NCBI GenBank assembly: GCA_964638585.1
Contig: CAZXAN010000001.1
Coordinates: 108,372 to 172,371, forward strand
DNA: 64,000 nucleotides
Source: an uncultured Candidatus Saccharibacteria bacterium
GTDB lineage: Bacteria; Patescibacteriota; Minisyncoccia; Phycocordibacterales; Phycocordibacteraceae
Direction: 5' to 3'
In this document: positions 10,175 to 19,395 of the stretch, piece after piece
Numbering within the stretch: position 1 is the stretch's first letter
Layout of the letters: each line of letters begins with the position of its first letter
Notes under the pieces: generated by a model
What the model was told of the DNA's origin: nothing
The model's database searches: none
What the model saw: only the letters and a program-made list of their open reading frames with translations
Program-made: the position numbers and the translations under genes

Positions 10175-11377
10175 TTATGCTCCCGACATTCCCTGAATCT
10201 CAAGACCCATCGGGTGCAGCGTTGTTGCGCTAAAGGGCTTGCTCGGCGACCCATCAATCATGAGCTTCAGATAGATGTCATGGTTGGCCAGATTCACCAG
10301 GTCTTCGGGGACGAACACCGGCTCAAATTCCTGGGCGAAGATCCGCGCATCCTCGGGGCCAAGGCGGAAGGAAATAATGGTGCCGACGTTGCCGAGCACC
10401 GCATGCCGAACCTCGGGCTCCAATTGGTATAGATGCTGGTGAGCGAGAATCAATCCCACATGGAACTTGCGCAATTCCGACACCATGTTTGCTACCGACA
10501 AGGTGGTAAAGCTTTGGAATTCGTCGATCAATACTATGAAGTCCGGCCTACCTGATTCTTCAGTATCGGCCCGGCTGAAGGCCGCCAAACCCAGTGTCGT
10601 CACCAGAAGCGCACCCAAAAGGTTGGCACTGTCCTCGCCTAAGCGCCCTTTGGCCAGGTTGACGATGAGAATCTTCCCCTCGTCCATGATTTGCCGAAAA
10701 TGAAGGTCAACCGTTGGAGTGGTAAACATCCGGTAGAGGCGCGGGTCGGCAAGAAAGGCGCCGACCTTGTTTTGAATCGGGGCGATGGATTCCTGGCGAT
10801 ACCGAGGGTTATAGTTTGGGAATTCCTTGGCCCAGAACAGCCTCACCTGTTCGTTTTTGACGCGACCGAGCACCTGGTTTCGAAATGATTTGTCGGTGAG
10901 CATTCGCAAGATGTCTGGAAGCGTAGCATCGCCGGCTTCAATGAGTGCGAAAAGCGTGTTTCTTAGGATGTGCTCCATCCTCACTCCCCAGGCTTCATCC
11001 CACAGTTTTTTGAAAGCTTCCATGAGGCCGGACGCTGCGAGCGGTATTCTGTCCGTTTGCACGCGGCGCAATGGGTTGTATCCGAACCGCTGAGAAGTGT
11101 CCGGGGCATTCAGGTAGATGAGGTCGCGCTCGCGCCACCGGGGAACCTGCGCGACAAGCCGTTCGGCGAGATCCCCGTGGGGATCGATCACCGCCACTCC
11201 GCGCCCGCGCATCATGTCTTGCAAGGCGACAGTTTCTAGAAGCGTCGTTTTTCCTGTTCCGGTCTTGCCGATGGCGTACGTATGAAAAAGCCGGTCGGCC
11301 TGCTTTATGCCGAAGGTCCGGTGCGGGTTACGCGCGTTGGTTATTGCGAAGTATGAAATAGTTGGGTTCCTGAGCAT
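10175..11377 (-). CDS. TraD/VirD4-like (T4CP-type) P-loop NTPase, ATPase core only
   Basis: Walker A AIGKTGTGKTT, VIDPHGD, Walker B FIVLIDEFQ, LILAHQHLYQL; about 35-40 percent identical across the core to the 921-aa backbone protein at 55791..58556. Confidence 0.75.
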   Translation of the reverse strand: MLRNPTISYFAITNARNPHRTFGIKQADRLFHTYAIGKTGTGKTTLLETVALQDMMRGRGVAVIDPHGDLAERLVAQVPRWRERDLIYLNAPDTSQRFGYNPLRRVQTDRIPLAASGLMEAFKKLWDEAWGVRMEHILRNTLFALIEAGDATLPDILRMLTDKSFRNQVLGRVKNEQVRLFWAKEFPNYNPRYRQESIAPIQNKVGAFLADPRLYRMFTTPTVDLHFRQIMDEGKILIVNLAKGRLGEDSANLLGALLVTTLGLAAFSRADTEESGRPDFIVLIDEFQSFTTLSVANMVSELRKFHVGLILAHQHLYQLEPEVRHAVLGNVGTIISFRLGPEDARIFAQEFEPVFVPEDLVNLANHDIYLKLMIDGSPSKPFSATTLHPMGLEIQGMSGA

Positions 11378-11513
11378 TTACCCAGCATAGGTGCCGGTCG
11401 GGAAGGAAGCACGGCAGAGAAACGTGCCTCACGCGCACATTCTCGCGTCGTGTGCTCGTGAAGTGTGTGCGAAATGATGAATGTCGGATCGTTCTTTATG
11501 AAAGGAAGCCGAC

Positions 11514-12080
11514 ATGGATTACTTAGATCATTCAGATGTGAAATTATTGGGGGTGCTTGTAGGGGAAAAGACCGCTCAGCGGCTGTATCAGGGAAGCTTG
11601 GTATCGCTCTTTGCAACGGGATCGATTGGTCAGGAGATGCATCCGAGAATTGCAGCAGCTCGGGAACTGGTAAAGCGAGTGCTAAAGGAGGAGATGAAGC
11701 GTGGTGCCATGCTGTCGAGCCCGGCTGCCGTGAGGGAGTACCTTCGGCTTCTCTTGATCGGGAAGGAGTATGAGGTGTTCGTAGTGCTTTTTCTCGACGC
11801 GCAGAACCGTATGATTGAGGCTGAAGAACTATTCCGCGGGACACTCACGCAAACGTCGGTGTATCCCCGGGAGGTAGTGAAGCGCGCGCTCTATCACAAT
11901 GCGGGGGCGGTAATCTTCGGCCATAATCATCCCTCCGGCGTAGCGGAACCGAGTCATGCGGATGAAGCCCTGACACAAGCCCTCAAACAGGCGCTTGCTC
12001 TTGTTGATGTGCGGGTGCTCGACCATTTCATCGTGGCCGGCAACGGAGTGATGAGCTTCGCCGAAAGGGGGTCGATATAA
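11514..12080 (+). CDS. radC: RadC-family JAB/MPN domain protein
   Basis: N-terminal HhH-like region, JAMM motif [15 protein letters not shown]; divergent from ATPase operon. Confidence 0.9.
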   Translation: MDYLDHSDVKLLGVLVGEKTAQRLYQGSLVSLFATGSIGQEMHPRIAAARELVKRVLKEEMKRGAMLSSPAAVREYLRLLLIGKEYEVFVVLFLDAQNRMIEAEELFRGTLTQTSVYPREVVKRALYHNAGAVIFGHNHPSGVAEPSHADEALTQALKQALALVDVRVLDHFIVAGNGVMSFAERGSI

Positions 12081-12181
12081 CCTCAGTCGAGTGATCAAAG
12101 CTCTAGACCTACCTACCGGTAGGTCTCATTTTTTTGATACCTATCGCGGCCTTTTGTTTGAAGTACGCAAAGCGGCACACT

Positions 12182-13114
12182 CTAGACCATTGCCGCTTCT
12201 ATTTCGTTGAGGATAAGAAAAATATTTCTAAGAATCCCCCAGAAAAAGCCGGCAAGCCCGACTGTAAGGACACCAACAATCCCAAGAAGTGGGAAATATA
12301 TGAATCCCTCCCCAAATATCGCGGTTTCGTAGCCAATAATATTAAACGACACCGTACCTAATATCGCAATAAGCAGTGCAAGAGCAACACCTAGCAAGGT
12401 GGACCATTTCTGGTGACAACGTTCCAGTGCAGAAGCAGTCGGGTTTGTTCCGCTACCGGTCCTTGGGAGCACTGAAATTCGATGTAAGAAATCCATCAGC
12501 GTTAATAGCATCGCAAACAATACCCCAACACTTGCATAGAATTTAACGTTCTTGTGAGGCAGCTCTATTGCAAAAAGGATTGCAGCAAATGACAGCAGCA
12601 CCAGCAGAAAAATGGAGAAAAACCGTGCCAATATCCCCCTCCTAAAAAAAGTAGAAATGAGTGCAAGGGCAAAAATAGTCAACGCGCAAATCACCGCCGT
12701 AGCGTAGAAAAATTTGCGCGGCGATAAGTCTTGTGCTGCCTTCATTTTTTCAATGTAATCCAATGCTATGAGCCGCTTCTCCTTCAAGCGATCATAGAGA
12801 ACACTCGACGAGCATCCGATTCCTTCCGTTGACTGCTCCTTGGCAACTTGCCGGCTCGGGGGTTTGGTAGGCTCCTTGCGCATCGCTCGGATGTGTTCCG
12901 CACGGCACTCCGCCCTTTCAGCTTCAACAAAAGATTCTTTAAATTCCCGGATCACTAGGTGCCCCGCTGCCTCGGCCGCCTTAAACAAATCTTTGTTCTC
13001 CTGGTCGTACCAATAGGGAGCACCCATAAGTATGCAGAAGAATAGAGTGAACCATATGCACAGCGACATGGTGTAGCCCCCAGAGGTCGACTGCCGGTCG
13101 TACCAAGCGTTCAT
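12182..13114 (-). CDS. polytopic membrane protein, function unknown
   Basis: multiple hydrophobic helices; likely start MNAWYD at 13112-13114 overlapping stop of upstream DedA-like gene. Confidence 0.5.
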   Translation of the reverse strand: MNAWYDRQSTSGGYTMSLCIWFTLFFCILMGAPYWYDQENKDLFKAAEAAGHLVIREFKESFVEAERAECRAEHIRAMRKEPTKPPSRQVAKEQSTEGIGCSSSVLYDRLKEKRLIALDYIEKMKAAQDLSPRKFFYATAVICALTIFALALISTFFRRGILARFFSIFLLVLLSFAAILFAIELPHKNVKFYASVGVLFAMLLTLMDFLHRISVLPRTGSGTNPTASALERCHQKWSTLLGVALALLIAILGTVSFNIIGYETAIFGEGFIYFPLLGIVGVLTVGLAGFFWGILRNIFLILNEIEAAMV

Positions 13115-13779
13115 AGCTCCTCCGATCCCGAAAATATGTGTTTCGCAAAATAAAACAGAACTAGCGATACAGCGCCTACGGATACTGCCACCGCGATGGT
13201 GTATTGAAAGGCGAAATCTCCAAACAGATAACCGAGGCCGGTCCAAATCATCACCCAGATACTAATCCCGCATATGGAACTCGTAGAAAACGCGATATGG
13301 CTCATTCGACTACACCCAGCAGGGTAAGAAGCTATAGAGCGGGCTACAGGAACAAGTCTGATAAGTACAACCCGTAACCAACCTTGCTCTCTGAAAGACC
13401 TAACCAGAACAGGCATCCAGGCCGTATATGTATATGCGAAAATGTACCACCAACGCTCCCGATAGTTTTGCACTCTCTTCCAGATCGGCGTCATAGATGA
13501 TTTCGCATCGCGTAACCCTACCAAATACCAAAGAGTGGTACCTAGGTGATTTGAAATAATCGCTAAAGCGACAAACGTTGATGGATTAATGTCATGCGCG
13601 ACTGCGTACATTCCAGCGGCCACACAGATATATTCACTCGGCGGTATCATGATTGAAGAGTTCAAAAACATCAACACCACGACCAGTACGGCTACAAATA
13701 AGGGACTGGGGAGAGAGAATACTGTGCGGACTGTCCCCTCGATGTCCATCAGCCTGTATAGGTCAAGAACTACCTCCAT
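13111..13779 (-). CDS. DedA/VTT-family-like membrane protein
   Basis: hydrophobic profile and LIRLVPVARSIASYPAG segment resembling DedA R-x-x-P-x-x-R region; internal start MEVVLDLY chosen. Confidence 0.5.
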   Translation of the reverse strand: MEVVLDLYRLMDIEGTVRTVFSLPSPLFVAVLVVVLMFLNSSIMIPPSEYICVAAGMYAVAHDINPSTFVALAIISNHLGTTLWYLVGLRDAKSSMTPIWKRVQNYRERWWYIFAYTYTAWMPVLVRSFREQGWLRVVLIRLVPVARSIASYPAGCSRMSHIAFSTSSICGISIWVMIWTGLGYLFGDFAFQYTIAVAVSVGAVSLVLFYFAKHIFSGSEEL

Positions 13780-14477
13780 CCCGGCCTTCCAGCGGCAGGC
13801 ATTGCGACAAAGGCTATCGAGGCAAGGACGAACAGAATCAAGCCTAAGTATGATAAGGAGGAACCGATCGACACCGTACAGGCAGGAATAAGGAGCGAAA
13901 TTGGAATGATGCCCTTCCACTGCAAAGCCGCGCAGCTCCGTTTTACTAAAGATGACACCTTCGAAGAACAGTCTTGCGCAATGTTCCCATACGGGTCCAT
14001 GCATGGGGCTGGCATCCACTTGACTAGCGAGCGTTCATCTTCACGAATGCTTTTCGAATAGAGCATACTCGTGAGATATTTCCTTTCTTCCTTGGTGATA
14101 TGTTTCGCGGTCTTGTGCAGCACGATTTCAATAGCATTAAATTGGGGTCCAAAAAAATGGGATACAAAGGCCCTGCCAATCTCCAATTCCGCAAAAATGC
14201 GGTCCCTATAAAACCTGATGTGCACTTCATTGTTCCCGTCATATGGCAGCACCAATCCAGCAAGCTGAGAGTCATATATGTATTGCCAAGGGGTCTCTCT
14301 GAAACCTATTTGTTTTAGCTTTTCGTATAGTTTCAGAGAAATGGGATCTTTTAATAAACGACCAGCAACAATACGTGGTGAGAGAATGCCAAATGAGCGT
14401 AGGCGGCGTTTCATTGCCCGGACCTGTAATTTTCCGGTCGCATGGCGACTATCACTTAGTGCTGTTTGCATTAGCAT
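13770..14477 (-). CDS. hypothetical protein, first gene of membrane-protein operon
   Basis: 235-aa ORF whose stop overlaps DedA-like start; no recognisable motif. Confidence 0.35.
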   Translation of the reverse strand: MLMQTALSDSRHATGKLQVRAMKRRLRSFGILSPRIVAGRLLKDPISLKLYEKLKQIGFRETPWQYIYDSQLAGLVLPYDGNNEVHIRFYRDRIFAELEIGRAFVSHFFGPQFNAIEIVLHKTAKHITKEERKYLTSMLYSKSIREDERSLVKWMPAPCMDPYGNIAQDCSSKVSSLVKRSCAALQWKGIIPISLLIPACTVSIGSSLSYLGLILFVLASIAFVAMPAAGRPGWR

Positions 14478-14626
14478 GTCACGGTTGTGGAAGTATCGTA
14501 TTTTTCAGTATATGATCTAAGCATAAACAATACAATGGGTGTTTTTATTTCTGAGGTATGCGATCGCGTTTGCCATCTCTGCCGGGAACAGCGAGCTGCT
14601 GGAAAACGTCGAGGCGGAAGAATTCG

Positions 14627-14812
14627 ATGATTGCGCAAGAACTTATTGATCTGCGCGAACGAATGCATTGGTCGCAAATCGAAGCTGCGCACCAACTGGG
14701 CTGCTCTCGTCGTGCTATTGCCGATTGGGAAGGAGGCAATACGCCCATACCCAATAGCATCGCGCTCGTAGTTTCCACTGCCGTTTTGAACATTTGTTGG
14801 GACCGTCGATAG
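14627..14812 (+). CDS. small XRE-family HTH protein
   Basis: MIAQELIDLRERMHWSQIEAAHQLGCSRRAIADWEGG typical Cro/C1 HTH. Confidence 0.6.
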   Translation: MIAQELIDLRERMHWSQIEAAHQLGCSRRAIADWEGGNTPIPNSIALVVSTAVLNICWDRR

Positions 14813-14883
14813 CTGAATGCGAGGGCACCTCTTCATCTCGCTACGTACTGCACCGTATATGTGGTTCGACGGCCCCTCGCTCC

Positions 14884-15591
14884 CTACAGTACATTCAAAT
14901 CGTCGAAATCCGCAATTGCTGTGGTGTCCGGTACGCGCCTTGCGATAAAGAGGCCGACGACGGGGACGTTTGGATACCTGGTGTTCAGCACCCGTTTCAT
15001 TGCCGTGAAGTGACAGCCCGTCGTAAGGACGTCATCAAACAAAAAAATGGTTTGCGGGGCGGGTTCTGCCACCGATTCCTTTATTTCATAGTTAGCAACC
15101 AGGTCGTCCGGTCTTGGTCGAATGTCGGTGTCATGCGCAGGCTCGACTGATTTCGTTTGCACCACGAGTTCGCGGATATCTGCGTTGCGACCTCGCTCGA
15201 TTTGCTGGAGCATCTGCAACATCCGATTATCATATTCGGGATGATCGGTGGCCTTCGAAGGTGGAATGGGAACAAGGGTGATCTGGGGCAGCGCATCTTC
15301 GCGGATGGCGTCCCGAAATATGGACGCGGCGCGCGCAATCGCCTGCTCTTTGTAGCGCCACTCCGGTCGACCCCGCCGCATCGGACTTTTCTTGAAATTG
15401 ATGATTAGTCCGTTCGTTTCGCTAAACGCATAGCCTTTTCGGGCAGTGTACTCTCCCCAGTAGTAGCATGTGTCCTCTGGGCTCAGGTAGTAGTGATCTG
15501 GGCGGACGAGATCATCAATCAGTTGCAGTCGCGCCAAGATGTCCCCTGATATCGTCGTAGCCTTGGACCCGAATGGCCCCTTGTGCCTCAA
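14884..15591 (-). CDS. ComF/ComFC-like phosphoribosyltransferase-domain protein, no zinc finger
   Basis: PRTase type I motif IFLFDDVLTTGCHF near C-terminus; overlaps stop of dprA-like gene. Confidence 0.75.
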   Translation of the reverse strand: MRHKGPFGSKATTISGDILARLQLIDDLVRPDHYYLSPEDTCYYWGEYTARKGYAFSETNGLIINFKKSPMRRGRPEWRYKEQAIARAASIFRDAIREDALPQITLVPIPPSKATDHPEYDNRMLQMLQQIERGRNADIRELVVQTKSVEPAHDTDIRPRPDDLVANYEIKESVAEPAPQTIFLFDDVLTTGCHFTAMKRVLNTRYPNVPVVGLFIARRVPDTTAIADFDDLNVL

Positions 15592-16420
15592 AGCGCCGGG
15601 GCCAAGTCAATGCAGAGTTTCGGAAACAACTATCAAGGATGAAAAGTTTTCGTCCTTGGGCCAGTGCGGCACGGGCCTGAGTCAGCGTGCCCGAGGTCTC
15701 ACCGGCTTCAATAATAATCGTGGCTTCCGTGAGCGCAGACATCGTGATGTTACGTTCTGGGAAGAACAGCCGATTGCCCTTATACGTCTGCTGTGCGTAG
15801 CGGCATACCGGAACCTGACTTATTAGGAGATAGTTCTCAGCGATTTGCCGTTGAAGTTCGGCGTTCTCGGTCGGGTAGATCTTGTTTAGTGGCGTGCCGA
15901 TTACCGCGATGGTGAAGCCCTTGCTTTCAATTGCGGTCGTGTGAGCGACCGTATCGATCCCTTTCGCCAACCCAGAGACTATGCCGAATTTGTCTTTGAC
16001 TAATAACTTGACCATTTTTCGAGCACGGCGAATCCCGTCCTCGGACGGAGTACGTGTCCCGACTATGGCGACAAGTCGCGGGTGGTTCACCAAGTCCCAC
16101 CAACCTTGGTAATACAACATCTCAATGGGATGCCAGGCATCCCGCAGGCGTTCGGGATACTCGCCCGCACCGTGTACGCGAACGCCAAATTTGTGAATAC
16201 CTGCTTTCGCAAGGAACCTGAGAGTCTTTTCGGCGAAACTCTCTGCTTCTGCTCGGGGGACAAAATTTGATGGAACCGCATTCGCTTTCTTGCGAAACAT
16301 ATCGGCGATTGACTTGAAAGACGCACCGTTTCTGTCCCAGAGTGCTTCATATGCCCCCAACTCCCATAGCGGGGAGATCGGTGGTGATGTGAAACCGGCG
16401 TCAATCAGCGTATCAGTCAT
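15515..16420 (-). CDS. dprA: DprA/Smf-family (SLOG superfamily) Rossmann-fold protein
   Basis: VAIVGTRTPS, GIVSGLAKGIDTVAHTTAI, IAVIGTPLNKIYP, EAGETSGTLTQARAALAQGRKLFIL match DprA core. Confidence 0.85.
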   Translation of the reverse strand: MTDTLIDAGFTSPPISPLWELGAYEALWDRNGASFKSIADMFRKKANAVPSNFVPRAEAESFAEKTLRFLAKAGIHKFGVRVHGAGEYPERLRDAWHPIEMLYYQGWWDLVNHPRLVAIVGTRTPSEDGIRRARKMVKLLVKDKFGIVSGLAKGIDTVAHTTAIESKGFTIAVIGTPLNKIYPTENAELQRQIAENYLLISQVPVCRYAQQTYKGNRLFFPERNITMSALTEATIIIEAGETSGTLTQARAALAQGRKLFILDSCFRNSALTWPRRFEAQGAIRVQGYDDIRGHLGATATD

Positions 16421-16603
16421 CGTAATATCACCAAAGAGAGAGATTGCGAGCTATGCAGTTAGTCACGCGACTACCGCGATGAGGATCAGGAGTCAAGTCA
16501 GCAATGCGCTAAGAGGTTATACGCCACAACGCTCGCCCATTCCAGAAAGCTTTGCCCGCGATAGGATTCGAATCGGGAACGATTGATAAATGTACATAAT
16601 GCA

Positions 16604-16939
16604 TCACTTACTTGCTGAACCAAGCAGCCACATCAGTGCGGCCACGACACCTGCCCCGACGAGCAAATTCTTCACGTGTTCCCGTGCTGCCTCTTGCTGC
16701 TTGTCGGCGGTGGATTGGAACTGGCGCATAAGCGCGACTTGATACGCGCTCGGCTTAAGGACACCACGTTCCCATTTACTCACGGTCATGGCATGCGTGT
16801 CGAATAGTTGTCCAAATTCAACTTGTGACAACCCGAGGGCCCGGCGGAGCGTCGCGACATCAAATGCAATCATAAGCCTGATACTAACCCAATTCGTAAG
16901 CCTACGCTTAGCTCTTTTTCTCAGCAAGAGCGCGAACAA
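16604..16939 (-). CDS. XRE-family HTH protein with C-terminal transmembrane anchor
   Basis: LRRALGLSQVEFGQLFDTHAMTVSKWERG HTH plus C-terminal hydrophobic LLVGAGVVAALMWLLG. Confidence 0.6.
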   Translation of the reverse strand: MFALLLRKRAKRRLTNWVSIRLMIAFDVATLRRALGLSQVEFGQLFDTHAMTVSKWERGVLKPSAYQVALMRQFQSTADKQQEAAREHVKNLLVGAGVVAALMWLLGSASK

Positions 16940-17227
16940 TTTCCTAACGAGGCTTCTTCGCTCCAGACCGATGGGGCGAGCTAGGATGTCCGCCCGAATT
17001 TACCAATGTCAATGACACGCTGAGCGCCGCCACATTTGCTGCCCATCAACGAGACCGTGTACCAACAAACTCTAAGAATCTTTCAAATTGGCAGATTTGT
17101 CGCCGGCGAATACACCTGGAGCCTACCTTGCATCGCTGTTGAAGCGGTGCATGCCCGAACTGTCACGTCGCTCTTGGGCACGTTTTCACCTCTTTGATGT
17201 CACTTTCAGCGCTCCTACGCTCTCGCC

Positions 17228-17437
17228 ATGGACGACAAGGAAGCACAGCGCGTCCGGGAGGCTTATAAGCAAGAGTTTGGCGAAGACCTTACGGAAAAAG
17301 AAGCAAGTGTAATGCTCACGCAGCTGGTGCAGCTTTATCTTCACATCTCGCGCCAGTTGCCACCTGACACGTCCGGCAATACCGACACTCTCAAAAAATA
17401 CAGTCGCTTCTCTAATGGATCATTGATGGCGGAATAG
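17228..17437 (+). CDS. small conserved protein, repeated family A (MDDKEAQRVRE...LVQLYLHISR)
   Basis: one of 4-5 paralogous copies (also 20353, 36957, 41044, 48430) with conserved upstream DNA. Confidence 0.5.
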   Translation: MDDKEAQRVREAYKQEFGEDLTEKEASVMLTQLVQLYLHISRQLPPDTSGNTDTLKKYSRFSNGSLMAE

Positions 17438-17830
17438 GTTGATGAACCATCTCGCAATTTTCTGCCAAAGCCCGAAGTGCGTCGGCGTGTCGAAATATTG
17501 CTCTCGGGCGCGTTGGTCGCTAAGGCGACCAGCCTCAATTTCACTCTTCGACCATTGAGGCGCCCAGACTATATTGTCGCCCCGTATCAAGTAATGAGAT
17601 CGACATGGTAGATTCCAGTTGCCGATTGATGGGTGAAGCGTGACTGCGCCTCGCTTTGTCGTAAGTTGCCATCCACCTGGTTTGAGGGGCGTTACTACCT
17701 TGCTTCCGCAGCCACAGCAGCAAAGATGGGATGCCGTTTTGTACTTGTGGGAGATATAAAGGACGCCGTTCTCTAACGTCTTCGGAATGAATTCAACAAA
17801 CTCGCCCCAGACGTGCTCAACCCTGCTCAT
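17420..17830 (-). CDS. DUF6527-like small Cys/His protein (putative non-canonical E2-like component)
   Basis: CCCGCGSKV...HPSIGNW...CRSHYLIRGDNIVW; start 14 nt inside E1 stop; internal Met chosen over 206-aa ORF. Confidence 0.6.
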   Translation of the reverse strand: MSRVEHVWGEFVEFIPKTLENGVLYISHKYKTASHLCCCGCGSKVVTPLKPGGWQLTTKRGAVTLHPSIGNWNLPCRSHYLIRGDNIVWAPQWSKSEIEAGRLSDQRAREQYFDTPTHFGLWQKIARWFINLFRHQ

Positions 17831-19007
17831 GTAAGTCTTCGTTAAGGAGCCGACCCGTGCCGATCGTGTAACTATTGAAGCGCTCATGCGTAAAATCAAA
17901 GTAGAAGCCGCGCATCTTCTTCCAGCGTATGACTGCAAGGGTCGCGTTAAGAGCATTGAGGTCAGCAATCTGAATGTTCTTGTCGTATTCATTGTTGCCG
18001 TCTCCGTCGGCAAACGACAACCGGTTTCTAGCAATGGCACGACTATCCTTGTCGCTCGTGGTCACGCGCAGTATGCCACCGATAGTTTCGTTGGTGACGT
18101 ACAGGCCCATGCCCGTATCGATAAATGGAATGCCAAATTCCTCTAGCTTTTCGACTATCAACTTCTTAGCCAACCCGGCATCGATGCACAAAAACACACA
18201 CGTCATTTCGCGCAACTGCTCCACGTTTGAGCTATCTACGTGCTCTCCGTGGGCGACGACACCGCGGTGCAACTTGGAATATATCGCCTTGAAGTAGTCC
18301 ACCTTTAACGGCTGTTGATGCAGCTCGTCTTTGGATGCGGCCCCAGGCGCACGAAATGCGTTGTGGGACGAAAATTTGTCCCCATCAAACAAGTGAACCT
18401 CTCTTGCCGGCGTCTTGGCCAGGAGATCTAAGACATACGAGCCTGTGCCACCCAATCCAACTATCGCCAACTTCTCAACTGCAAGCTTGTTCGTGATCAT
18501 GTTGATATCCGCACGAGCGGATGCGGTGTCGAGATAGTTGAACGGTGAATTGTCGTCCTCAGGCTCAACTACCCGAAACGTCCTGGCGGTCGCAGACGGA
18601 TCGATATTGGCTGCGTGACCAGAAAGAATGGCCACATAGGTCTTGATTTTCTCGTGGTAGTCCTCGTAGTGGCCACGCAGCGGCTTGCTGGAAAAATGGA
18701 ACTGCGAACTTAATGTGTCGCTGAATCGAACCACCTCTTCGATCAGGCTTAATGCTTCTATCGGGTGGCCCTCACTTGTACACGGGCATTGACCGGCGAA
18801 CCTAATTTGATGGGTGTCAGGCCGATTCGCAACATCCCCATTGAGGTTCAGGCTGCTAATGAGGATGCCATCGTACTGCACCTTCCGCTTGTCATTGACA
18901 TACGGAATGTCCCGGATAACCAGGTTCGCTCCGTGGATGTAGACATTGTATCCTTCATCTCGGAGGCGCCGCAGGTCAGCATTAAGATCGAATAGTTTTG
19001 ACGACAT
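17817..19007 (-). CDS. ThiF/MoeB-family E1-like enzyme with N-terminal E2-like domain
   Basis: Rossmann motif LAIVGLGGTGSYVLDLLAKTPAREVHLFDGDKF; N-terminal 140 aa with HQIRFAGQCPC resembling UBC H-x-N...Cys spacing. Confidence 0.75.
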   Translation of the reverse strand: MSSKLFDLNADLRRLRDEGYNVYIHGANLVIRDIPYVNDKRKVQYDGILISSLNLNGDVANRPDTHQIRFAGQCPCTSEGHPIEALSLIEEVVRFSDTLSSQFHFSSKPLRGHYEDYHEKIKTYVAILSGHAANIDPSATARTFRVVEPEDDNSPFNYLDTASARADINMITNKLAVEKLAIVGLGGTGSYVLDLLAKTPAREVHLFDGDKFSSHNAFRAPGAASKDELHQQPLKVDYFKAIYSKLHRGVVAHGEHVDSSNVEQLREMTCVFLCIDAGLAKKLIVEKLEEFGIPFIDTGMGLYVTNETIGGILRVTTSDKDSRAIARNRLSFADGDGNNEYDKNIQIADLNALNATLAVIRWKKMRGFYFDFTHERFNSYTIGTGRLLNEDLHEQG

Positions 19008-19248
19008 CAAAGATGGTCCCGTGTTTTTTAACCTCGACGGACCCGGCGGCGGCAAGCGTGCCGTGGTGCGGCTTGCTCTGTGCATGTTCGAATGTGATCG
19101 AAAAAATCACGTTCGGGTCTTCAGGATGCCCTGGATACGCGATATCGATGAGGGAATTGAACGTCATCACCTCGGTCAAGACCAAGTGCGGTGTGCCATT
19201 CACAATGATTTCGTACTCTTTTTCATGTGCCATGATGATTTTCTCCAC
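18982..19248 (-). CDS. small beta-grasp ubiquitin-like protein
   Basis: 88 aa, predicted beta-alpha-beta pattern (YEIIVNGTPHLV...VIFSITFE...SVEVKKHGTIFDVV); 22 nt upstream of E1; ends KTIRS, not Gly-Gly. Confidence 0.5.
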   Translation of the reverse strand: MEKIIMAHEKEYEIIVNGTPHLVLTEVMTFNSLIDIAYPGHPEDPNVIFSITFEHAQSKPHHGTLAAAGSVEVKKHGTIFDVVKTIRS

Positions 19249-19395
19249 CAGCTTCTAGGGTAAGTGCGACGCTGGTATCGCATTAGAAATTTTACGCCTG
19301 CTGTTAATAACATCAAGGGAATTCAAGGTCACATATTGTTATTGTGAGTAACATATGGTATCGTTGACACCGTGCGGTATTTTGCATAACCTGTT

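Noticed and set aside
11341-11844. 167-aa minus-strand ORF spanning the ATPase/radC divergent promoter region
   Set aside because: It overlaps the radC coding sequence in antisense and has a proline/serine-rich low-complexity translation. It is probably not a gene.
17420-18040. Full 206-aa ORF for the DUF6527-like gene
   Set aside because: Its first 70 codons overlap the E1 gene in another frame. The internal Met at 17828-17830 gives a 136-aa protein consistent with DUF6527 size and a 14-nt coupling overlap.
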